Made by a program: the position numbers and the translations under genes. The notes beneath the pieces are model-generated. The model searched no databases, was not told the origin of the DNA, and saw only the letters and a list, made by a program, of their open reading frames with translations. A stretch of 64,000 nt of DNA from Phoronis australis (Eukaryota; Animalia; Phoronida). Shown in pieces: positions 14,201-26,200 of this stretch (positions are counted from its first letter, which is position 1; each line of letters starts with the position of its first letter). The stretch lies in assembly GCA_002633005.1 (NCBI GenBank), contig NMRA01000617.1:70367-134366 (forward strand), in the 5' to 3' direction.

Positions 14201-17200
14201 TGGCACCAAGCACATTGGTCGACTTTTTTGGTTGAATTGCTGTAGTTTTGGCCAAGTTATTATCGCCAGTGAAAGATGCTTGATTGTTACTGTTTCTCGT
14301 TTGGTTAATCTGTGCATTGTTTGTTTAATTCTCTCATTTTTGTGCAGAAACAAGACAAGATTATTGCCGAGTCAGAAAGGATAACAGCAATGTTAGACAG
14401 GTGTGTTGAATTCAGTGTAGTGTGGAATGCTTGAATGAAGATATATTTGGATTCTCAGTGCAATACGGATGACAAATTTCAGAACTGAAACAAAAATATT
14501 AAGAAAATGTTTATTTTTGAACGCTTTCTTCATCTTTCATTCTGCTCTTCTTTTTTGTAGAAATCTAATTAGTGTTTTTAAAAACTTCTATCCTGAAAAA
14601 AGTCTGCAATTTTTTCAAATGCAGTTCATACTTGTTACTACGGTAACATCTCAACAATTTTGGGTAAAAACTACTAAAATTGACCTTTTCTCTTTCTTTG
14701 AGGGATACTAACATTGTTGTGAATGTGCACAGTTTTGCATCATTTGATGATAGGTACAGGAAATGAACATGGAAAACCTTTAGTTTGGTGCGTCACATAT
14801 TTGGAAGAATGAGAAAGTAAAATTTCATTTGTCGACCATAATGTGTGTCCCAAATTGGTGAGATTTTACCGTACCATATTTATTTAAACCCCTTGGACGT
14901 GACCTGTACGAGACAGTGTAGAATGTACAGATTAACTTGAGCTTTGTGTGATAGTATCCACCATTGATGTGTCTAGTTCTTTTTGTTTATCCAATAACTG
15001 ATTGTTGTTTTTCAAGGGAGTTTGATATGGAGACTGGTTTGGAGGATGATGGCGGCGAAGGAAAAGATATGGAGAAGGAGTATGAACAGAACTTATGGGT
15101 GACAAAGTACACCCCCAAGGGATACACAGAACTGCTCAGTGATGAGGTAGGAAAACTTGTAGGATTCTGCCATGAGTGACTGACAAATTTTACTGGAAAG
15201 TTTATGAGGCAGGAGCGTTACGCTGTAACTGGGATTTTTGGCGAGCCTTTGTTATTCATTTTCGATGTATGGTATGTGCGGATTTAGTCGATATTTGGAG
15301 TTCGACGCACTATTAACTGCTTATATGAAAAGTGTAGAGATTAGACGAAAGACACAGAGGAAAACCCATGCTCAAAGGATTGTCGTATGTGCACCACAGG
15401 CACAGGAGACTGTAGAAGAAACTTGAGAAAATTATCTTTTGGAAAAAACGCATAATTTTTGAGATAGGCGCATGTGCATGTTTAGTCAGATAAACTAGCT
15501 GTTGTTACAGTGAAATTATATGTTGTCTAGGTGTGGTTTGCACTAAACATTATTCATTTATCTATTGATTTCTAATATAAGATTTGACGATAGATGACAT
15601 CGTTGCCAAGTACCTGGACTGTAGGTGTGAAGGGAGTAGTAAACTAGAGTGATTAGTTTTCGCTCTGCGGTGCGTGGTGTTAAATGTAGCCTGAAGTGTC
15701 ATAAGTAGCGATCGTTCCATTTTATCATCTAGAGCACCAACCGAACCCTGTTGGGTTGGCTAAAACAGTGGGACTATGTTGTGTTTGGCAAAGACAAGAA
15801 AGACAAAAAAGTGAAGGAGGCGAAGAAAGAAGGCAACAAGAATCAGTTCCAGAAGAAGCAAGCGGAGCTGATGGAAGAGTTGGACCAGTTCGACAGGCCG
15901 CATTACAAGGTGCGTTGGGGAGAGGGGGTGGTTAGTAGGGTTTAGGTTTGTGTGTACCCACCCGCTGGTGGTCCCTATTATTGGCTGACTCTGAGTCAAT
16001 GTGGTCTTTTTCTGTCGCACCTGGCTGATTGTCATTGGAAGGTTTATTTGACTGGATGCGGTTGATTACAACAGTCTGGCATTACTTATCTTGTGACTTT
16101 GCTTTCTCTGTTTCTCAATAGGTGGCCCTGCTGTCTGGACAACCAGGTCTGGGTAAGACAACTCTGGCGCATGTTATTGCGAAGCATGCTGGGTATCAAG
16201 TGGTTGAGATGAATGCCAGGTGAGTGGGCACATTGCTATTAAATGTACTGTAGGAAGCTGCTTCATTGAATTACATAAATACTAAGTAAACTTATATTCA
16301 CAAATGGATTTCCTAATTGTTTTCCTGAACATATATAGTAACGAATAATTCTATTCACTTGAAGTTATTCGCAAAAACATTAATGAACAGGAAGTGTATT
16401 TTTTTCTAATCTGTTAAATACGTCTTTGATTTCTTGAATTATACTCGTGAGTTGTTACTGTCACTTTCAGTGATGACAGATCGGTGGAGGCGTTCAAAAA
16501 CAAAATCGATTCCGCGACACAATACAAGGCGTTTCTGGATTCAGAGAGACGGCCCAACTGTCTAGTCATTGACGAGATTGACGGAGCTCCGCAGGCAAGC
16601 AAACAATGATAATAATTATAATAATAAGAAACTTTATTTATAGAGGATAAAATTAAAAAAATATGCTTTAGCCAAAGGCTAATGTACAGCTGGGAAAAAC
16701 AGTGGATGTTTTATGGAAATTAGCTCTCTATACTGTAATCACTATGCTCTGTGATATGCCCCATCCAATGTTTTCTCTACTCGCATTCAAGCCCAGTTCA
16801 GAACCATAGAAAAAAATTTTGAGCCATGTTTGAAAAGCCTTGTGGTTTCTGCTTCACGTTTTCTGCCGACAAATATCAGCGATGTAGTATTTTATAATAG
16901 CTGAAGGTTATTTTAAATTATTATTACAATGTTGGTGTGACAGTAATTTGTTCATGAAATTTTAGTTAAAATGATGAATGTGTGATTATTGGTTCTTACA
17001 ACAAGTATGCTGTGAACTTTGAGCCGTGTTTTCATTTTTGCCTACTGAAACTCTGTCCCTCTTTCTAAGGTCTATTATTATTGATGGAAAATCTGTGGTC
17101 GTTGTTCATTTCTTGGTCTCTTCATGAATTCCTAGATTTAATTAAACTCAGAACTGTACACTGCTAAGTATCAGCAATTTTGGTTTACTGGCCATGTTTT

Positions 17201-20200
17201 GTTAAGATTCCCACTTCTTGAATTCAATGCTCCTGTTGCAGTGGTAGAAAATTACATTGTGTGATTGACCTAGTTCCAAAAAGGTCAGGTCACTAACACA
17301 ATTCTGAGCTGAGTCGGATAAGTGAAGAAGGATTACCATGCTCCTCTCAGCTTTTCAATTTTTTTTACGCCAGCATGGTAACTCGCTGTGCCGCAAAGAA
17401 CTTTTTTGACATTAGAATGAATTGTGAACAAATTGTGTTGTAAGATAATGATCAGCACAACAGCGTGTCCTACCGTTGCACAGCATTGTGGGTAAGCACC
17501 ACAGAATCAGAGAGAGAACTGCTGGTGATTTGGTGTGTGGCTAGTATATTTCCTCTTGTTTTCTCTGAGTTCAGGCTGCAATCAACATCTTAATAAACAC
17601 TATCAAGAGAAGTGGAGACACAGCAGGAAAGAAGAAAAAGAAAGATGGTGGCATCCTGCTCCGGCCAATCATATGCATATGTAACGACCAGTAAGTGGTT
17701 TCCATGGTAATGTGGTAAATTTTGTCTAAAAATTTTTATGTGAATTTCTGCAAAACATTAACTGCATCGTTGCATGTTCGCAGTGCACACAAATCAACGA
17801 CTAGTACATATTATTGTTTAGTTGAATGAACATTTTTCTCTGAGATTTGTATAATGAATAGAAAATGAAGCAATGTTTGCATGAAGTTGTAGTGTTATAT
17901 ATTTTTCCTTTCAGCTACTCTTTTGGACGAAGAAAAGGAATTACAATTCCATTTGCCTGTTTTTGTGCTTCCTGGAATATTTTAGCATTTCTCTCTGAGT
18001 CTGATTATTATATTCATTACAATATGATATATATGGTAATTTTCTCCCACTTAGCAGGCAATATGGAGGGCATTTGGACTTTATTGTGTCAAATATATCA
18101 GAGAAAATAAAACTGATGGTTTGTGAATTATGTAAATCCTGAACTGGGGTGGAAATATGATATAGCTCGCAAACATTTTGAAATCTGGTCTGTTGGCCAC
18201 ATCACGAGACTTGATGAATATAAATCGGAAAAGATGTTTGTCCCAACCAGGACTCGAACCCAGGACCAGACTTGTGATCATTAGGTCATGTGATGTGGCC
18301 AACAGGTGGCGTACAGACCAGACTTAAACATGCTTGCGAACTGATGGTTTGTAACTTACATCATAAAACAACTCTTGCGATTGTTGTAGCACGACGTCGA
18401 CCTCCAAATAATAGCAAAAAATAGTTATCCTGACCATTTTGTTGTGTGAAATATTTGAAGCAGTAACCATCCATCTATGAATTTTCACCCTTGTCTTTGT
18501 ACACAGGTATGTGCCTGCCTTGCGCCCACTCCGTCAGCTAGCCATGTTGTTTCACTTCCCTCCAACACAACCGACCAAACTGGCCTCGCGACTCTATGAT
18601 GTGAGTGACACCTAGTGAGCTGGGCTTTCTAGATATGTTCGCAAAGTGTATTTATGACATGAAATAAATAAATAGGACTAATAAAGTTATTGATAATGTG
18701 GGCCCTGAATTTCAAGTCCTGTGTTCACTGGCAGACATTGAGTATTACACTAATTGTCCCTTGGCTCCTTGAGCTTAGACTTATACTAGAAAATGTTCAT
18801 TACCCTCATCACTGATGAGGTTAAACTATTCCAGAATTACTGACATAATTCAGATTTGCTGATGGAAATATTAATGAAAGTTTGCAGTAGCTTGTCCTCT
18901 TAACCACACCCTTACCTGTCACGCACTGAGAACGTTTTCAAATGATGCCCTTTCAACAGGGTATCAAATTTTTTTGAAGTTAGCAGAATTTGTGTTTGGT
19001 TTGTTAAATTTAATATTTGAATTTCTGTTTCCACAGTAACAAATGGGCTGTAAACAGTGAGTGATGCCCAACATTCACTGCTGTAATTTATGAAATGTTG
19101 CTATTTTATTTTCCTGTCATCGGCACTGAATGTTTGCCATAATTTAGTGAAAGCAACAACTATTGAACTTTTTGATTATTATTTTTTTTAGATATCTCGA
19201 CGGGAAGCTATCCGATGTGACTTGACGGCTCTGATGCAGCTGTGTCAGAAGACAGACAATGATATACGCTCGTGTCTCAATACATTACAGGTGAGATGGT
19301 CTGCAATTTCTTTTTGTAGCTATCGTATGCCTCGACTCCGAGCTGTGAAAGAATATTTAATATCTAAATGCTTAGGGCCATGTCCATTCACTCAACAGGT
19401 GGCTCTGTTGTGAATCTGCATATGATTAACATTCATCTTTTTGTGGATATCGAAAGACATCATTTGCTCAAAGAATTGTGGGATAGCAGTCATACCGAGT
19501 GGCTTTGCCAGCAGACGTAGTTATACAATCTGCACAGATCACTTCATTTTAGCAGCATTTCAAGCAGGCAGAGGTTTAGTTAATCATAAATGCAGGGCTT
19601 GGCATGAGTGAGTAAGTGCTTGAATGTGTTAGTAGAAAAAGTAATACACGATCGAGTAGAAAATTGACTTCACTTGTACGGTTACTATTTTTTATGAGCC
19701 CAATACAAGTGGCAAATATACCGTCACTCATATTTTCAATTGGACAATTTCACCTTTGTTGAGCGCTGAAATACGAATAAACTGGTAGCATCTATCCAAA
19801 ATCTCAACTGTCAGCTTACAATGCAAACTATTGCCTGCCTGATTTTGTATTACAAGAGTCCAGTGTATCCAACAAATCTGTGCTCTTGTGCGCACACATC
19901 AGTTTTCGCTGAAATAGCCATGAAAAACAATGTCACGTTCTCCAGATAATCATACAGTAATTAAAAAAGTTGTATTTCAAAATCCAAGATCTTGTTGTAA
20001 ACACCAGTTCGCTTTAAAGGTACTTTAAGTAGTAATACTTAGATGCAAAACTGAAACGGATTATCGTCATGATACATTAACTTGAAACTGATTCGATACT
20101 TTCAAGGCATTGTGTATCCATGTACTATATCAAAGATTTGTTTGAATATTCATTTTCCAGTTTTTAAAGAACCAAGATCGTGACTTGAGTGCAGCCACAT

Positions 20201-23200
20201 TCCAGTCTCTAAGCATTGGACAGAAAGATGGCCACAAGAGCTTGTACTCGATTTGGCAAGAAATATTCCACATGCCCAGACTAAAAAGGTACCTTAAACT
20301 CAGTACAAGCTTGGATCCAGACTGACAACAAAAATACATGCAGGTTAAAGGATTGGTCGCCTATAAATCCCTTTCCGAAGACAAAATAACTTGATTTAAG
20401 GCACTTACTCTGGCAATATTCACTAACAGGGGTCGCGCATTTTGAGAACCAGTTTGATGCCCGTTATTTAGTGGAGAAAACTGGTTCTCAAACCACGGGA
20501 CCCCTGTAAGTGACTACTACACTTCCTCTTATAATAAAAATATGAGATACAGAACGTTCACTACATTATTGAATGCTTGTGTTGTGCCTGTTAGAGATTA
20601 TTGCGTAGGTGTCTGAGGAGGCTCTAGTCTACAGGATTATGATGTCATTCAGAATAGAGCCGCGCGATTTTTCTTGCGCATTCACAAATTCGCTCCTAAT
20701 CATGCTGTTATGGGTGACATGGGGTGGGAATTCCCCAGTGTTAGGTGGAAAATTGAGCTTTTGAGAATGTGGAATCGTATTATTAATTTCGAGGATGATA
20801 GACTAACATACCGAATATTTTGGTGGGTCTACACTACTTGTACTAATAATTGGTCTTGAGCATTTTTGAAGATTTAGGGATTTCGGATTGTTTTCATGAC
20901 TTACGCTCAGTTAATCTGTCTCACTGTAAGAATACTTTGCATGATTTAGCCTGTAATAGGTGGTTGTTTGAAAGCTGTTCGAAACCAGTTGAAAGTTAAG
21001 AACCTATGTTTTGATGAAGAATGTCTTTGAAGTTGAGCCTTACGTGCATTTAGACTTAACTCGGCTTAGTAGGTCAATTCTTGCTCAAATTAGAACCGGA
21101 ACCCTACAGCTATTGGTTGAGGTTGGGCGTTTTCGTTCTCTAGATTTTGATGACAGAATTTGCTGTCTTTGTCACACTGGTCAGGTCGAAACTGAAGTAC
21201 ATTTTCTGTTTGAGTGTCCGTTTTTCATAGATGCCAGAAACACCTTTTATTGTCAAGTTGAGATTAAATATCCACGATTCCGTGCAGAAAGCTGTGAAAG
21301 TAAATTAATTACAATCATGCAAAAAGATGTTATTAGAAAAACTTCAGTTTTCATCAAAAATATTTTTTAAGTAAGGAAAAATTATTTTATTTATGATCAC
21401 TTTTATCTCGGTCTTCTCTTTCTAGTCCTCTTACATTGCGTGTACACTTGCCTTTTCTTTTTTGCATCATGTATCTAAAGTGACTTATAAGCCCCGTGGA
21501 GGGCTGGGTGTTCCTAGTGTTTGTAACATATTCATTGTTTAAATTCATTTGAACACATGTCACTATAATAAAAAATTTCTTACTTACTTACTTACTATAA
21601 AAGTGGTGACTTGTTCGCCACTAAGATAAGATGTTATTTCTTAGTTTAGGAATAACTAATATTTCATTTTTTTGCTCTTTACTGAGCTGAATAAGTTGAT
21701 TTCACTGGCTGTGACATTCTGTATGCCGAGTGTGGCCTGAAGTAATGTTATAAAATTTCTAATCTGAGTAAGGAACAATTCGGTATCAGTTTACAGCTGT
21801 AAATGTTCTAATTGGCCATACCTGGCTGAAGGCGAGTCCATAGGTGGTTCAAAATGTACTGGTACATTCTGCATGTTGGACGGTTAGTAGCAACAGTTAC
21901 TTCTGAGTAAAACGGTGATTTTAAAGCTGTAGCAGTGCATTGACTTTTACTTTGCTTTCAGACAGCGATTTGTAAACCCACACGATAGGCCTAAAGATGG
22001 CGTGTTGCTCGACGAAGATTTAGCTGCGTGGAACCAAAATAACACATCGTTAACAGCGAGGTCAGTGAATGTTGTGAAAGTTTATAAGAATCTGAACCCT
22101 GTTTTGACAATTTCACCAAAGACGTTGTACTGAGTAAAGTTTTCCACAAACAAACCTGGGGCGTTCATTTGGATTATATCAGTTTTAAACCGACTTAAAA
22201 GGACTTAATATAGTATATATGCTCTGATATATGAGTATAGTTTGGTAACAGCCCTTCATTGATGCAAACAGTCTTGCTCGTAACTTTTAAGCAATTGATT
22301 AGACCCTACAAACAAGTCTGTATTAAGCTGTCAAACAAAAAGTACAGTCATGTATTCAGTGAAGTTTCTGATATATCAATATATAACTGTAGCCAGTGTG
22401 CAAATTGAAGCCAATGAAAGATAATCCTCACAAGTAGAAGTTTGTTGGTAAAAAACAAGAAAAACTGCTTACTGTTAGACATTCAGTTAGTTGAGTATGA
22501 CGTTTCAAGCCCGCAGCTCAGGCCCTTTATCTGGCCGTCATGCTCTTTCTGCTAGAGAATAGCAACTGTCCAAGTCGAGCAAAAATTGTGTCGCCCTGCA
22601 TCAGTATTCTTCCAAAAAAAATACTCCAGGCCCTAAATTATGAGTCAGATATCTTGACTATAGGTGACTTCATTGAACGTATGCGGGATACCAGGAATTC
22701 AAATAAAACGATCTTAATTTATCGCACGAGAAAAGAGTTGATCAAAGCTTCATATAATGTACATCTCAGAATTTGAACATTTAGTTCAATTTGTAACTTT
22801 TATTCAACTACAACAGTGTTTTCCTTTTGTGTTCTGCAGCGATATTTAGTAAGATAAGTCACTGTTTGCAGGTGATATCGGATCAATATTCTTGTATTCA
22901 AAAAAGTCTGGTTAATGATTCCTGTCATCAGTTTTGAGATGTTTGAGATCAGGGATACAAGTCAATGTGTTCAGCCATAGCGCTGTTCAGGTTAGGTCAC
23001 CATGTTGGATAGCATTTTTTATCAAAATAAAGAAACTATCCATGAATTTTCTTATGCATTAGTAAGAGATGATTTAGATCTTTTTATTTGTGCACTATAT
23101 ATTTTAATGCAAACTCTTGAAAACTATGTGCAAAGTTTACTTGTTTCCATTCACTATGAACAAAATGGTGCATTTGACATTGTTAATCTCACACAGTTAG

Positions 23201-26200
23201 AACTACGCTGGTTGTGATTATGAAATTTCCAAAATCTTTCCAGCGATCCAAAGAAAATGTCAAAATTTACATTTGCCAACACTATATAAATAGCCCGAAT
23301 ATTTGGATGGTCTAGTTATCCATGTATTGGCTTGCTTTGGATTGAAACTCTTGGATGTCCATCCATTCATATAAACAAGCTGTGTGCCATAAATTCTGTG
23401 ATGTGTCGTGTTTTGCATTTTTGCCTGAAGTTGTCATACAATAACTCCTGTGGGTTTGATTTGATTGATTGAAAACAGTTTGACTAAAGTTACAATGTAT
23501 TATGATATAAAAAACTTTAATGCACAACTAATAGAAACAGACGTGTACAAATTAATGTAAAAATAAAATGACATGACTGCCACATGAAATTCAAGTAAAA
23601 CTGATTTTCCATATTTAGATGATACGAACAAATGAAACAATGAGACACTTTCAAATAGCAACATGGCGATCAATCACAAGGGACCGGATGCTTGTGGCTT
23701 CTAGAAGCACTTCATAACTGTTGTTTAAATGACTCTTGTTTTTTCACATTAGTTGTAAAACAGTTTTCATGTAGGCAGTCTGTTCCCTATTTCACTTGCT
23801 GTGAAAATGAAGTAATTACAGGTACAGCTAATATGTAGACGTTGTTGTTAGCCAATAGTGAAATTCGTCAAATAAAACAATAAAAATCAGGAGCCCCAAC
23901 TGGGAATCGAACCACAGGCCTCTAGATTGCCAGTCTAGTGCTCTTATCACTGAGCCACTGAGGACTCAATATCTGTGCAGTTACTGTTTACAGTCAACTG
24001 TTATATCATACATCCCATGAGCGTCATTTCACCTTTTTCACATGAGATTTGGACAATCATGTAATCAGCACTTAGTTTGTGTTAATTAGATATTAATAGT
24101 AAACATATAAATGCTGATGTTGGCCAATAGTGAAATATATCAAGTAAACACAGCTAGATGTAGATGTAGATATAAGTCACCCGTCTTGCGTAATCTACCC
24201 CATTGCTTCCTGAAAGACTCCCATTGTATGTTTCCTTTGAAATAAACGTGCTACTCTTCTCAGCAGATCTTAATATATTCTTTTCATCAAGATTGTTTTA
24301 CCACTGCTGGTGCTAAAAAGGTAGTTGTTCTAGAGTAAAATAGTACAAGTACTTCTTGTTCTAACAATAACAACACTGTCTTGAACATTTACAAGTAATA
24401 TAACTCATAATTATATAGACATGCACATTTAGCAGGTCCCGGGCTCAAGTCATGGTTTGGGCAGAAACCTTCTTGTTTGGTCATGTGATGTGGTCAACAG
24501 GCGGCATGCAAACCAAACTTGCAGTAACTTGTAGTTTATGAAAAAATCCGTAAACAGGAAATTTTCACCGATTTAGGACGCAATATGGCAGACCAGTGAA
24601 GTTTTATTTTTTATTAAAGAGATGTTGCACTAAATTAATGTTTTACCTTGTTAGTTCTGTATGAAAGCTACCATCAGAGATTATTTCAAAAAATTGCAGG
24701 CACTCGCAACAAAGTCTGAAAATCTTTAAAAATAAAAAGGTTAATGTCCAGAATTGGTGAGATTTTAGGGTTGTTAAAACATTTCTGGTGAAACAGCTCT
24801 TTCCAGATGTAGGTGGCCTTTATAAAGGCCGTTGTAGTTCCTGCATCATCATTCCATGGACAGTCTGTCCAGATGGTGGTCAATGATGCTCATTTCTTCA
24901 TCCTCTGACTGTCCCAGTTCGGTCTTCATCACTTTCAAATTCACCAGCTGTCTGTACGCATACTCCAAAAACATTTGTCTAACTCCCTTCGTGACAAGCA
25001 TACGAATGCGGTAGTTGTATATGAAATGTCTTAAGTTTGCGATACGAGCGCGGAACATTCGAACTTCAAGTGCATCAAGCTCTCTGTCAAGGAGACCAAT
25101 CTGGTGGCAGGCTCGGATGCACGTTGTTCGCAGGTAGTGCAAACGGGCCTCTGCACGACTCTCCATGACATGCAAAGATAACTTGTACATGCAGACTGTA
25201 GCCAACATCATTCTATCATGCTTTATAGTGTGGCCAGTGTAGGAGTGAATATGATTGGTTGTGTCATGGAACCTCACTCTGATATGGCCCAATCAAACAG
25301 TCCCATTCAAATGACTTCCAGTCATTCAGGCTATGGCAGAAAACCAAATGCCACCATTCTTCAGTGGTAAGTTGAAGGCATCACACTGAGACAGACTCAC
25401 TAATGAATAGATCTCTATGAATAAGCAACAGCACATGTCAGTCTCAGTGGATTATGAAAGTTAATCCTTTCACACTAGGTGGCAGCTGCTATTGTGTCAT
25501 TGCATGAGGACAGGCAAAATTAACAAAGCTGTGTTGGTGTTGGTTTGCTTTCCCTCACTTTATTAGGCATGTTAAGGTTTTGTTGGACCCAAGAAAATGG
25601 CCAAACTTGGTTAACTTTAAACATCATATCTCAGTAATGGCCGAGGGGATTCAAGTGAAACTTTCAGATACTATGCTTCGTGCATTGCTCTCCAAGTTGG
25701 AGAATTGTTTTTAAAGTGACGCTCTTTTGCGGAAGGGGCTATCAAAAAAGGACTCGAGGTTTTTATGGAGAAATAAAAAAGTTGCATAAAATGGGATGGT
25801 ATTTGAGACAATGATAAACGTTTTTGAAGTTTCACCTTGGACATCTATATTAATTGCAATTTGGTCATGTAATTGACACTTTTTGTTTTGTTGTGAATGG
25901 GCCTTTCTGGTTTTACTAAAAAGACATGGTCACGTGACCCAATCGATGTTATATTGGCGTAAAGTCAAAAATCACCTTCTACAGGCTATCTAGTTTCAGA
26001 AATACTTTTTACCAAGTTGATTTTTATAATTTTGTAGATATTTGGCTGCACATACTCGTCAATACGGTTTTGCATATTACTTTATTGCTATTTTCCTTTT
26101 ATAATTGTGAATAAATTGCTTTGTTTCAATTTTCTTTTTACTGAATGTTGAATTTATTATTTCACATTTTAAATGTAAAATAAGTGAAATTTAGACGAAC

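Noticed and set aside
23892-23965. Functional tRNA-Ala(GGC) gene
   Set aside because: T stem and acceptor stem are mispaired, the D-loop GG is lost and a GGC anticodon is atypical for eukaryotes; better explained as a SINE head or pseudogene.
25167-25292. N-terminal extension of nested gene A as given in the ORF track (likewise 27627-27704 for gene B)
   Set aside because: Both start at TTG codons and overlap or abut the putative TATA/CCAAT promoter elements; eukaryotic ATG starts lie downstream.
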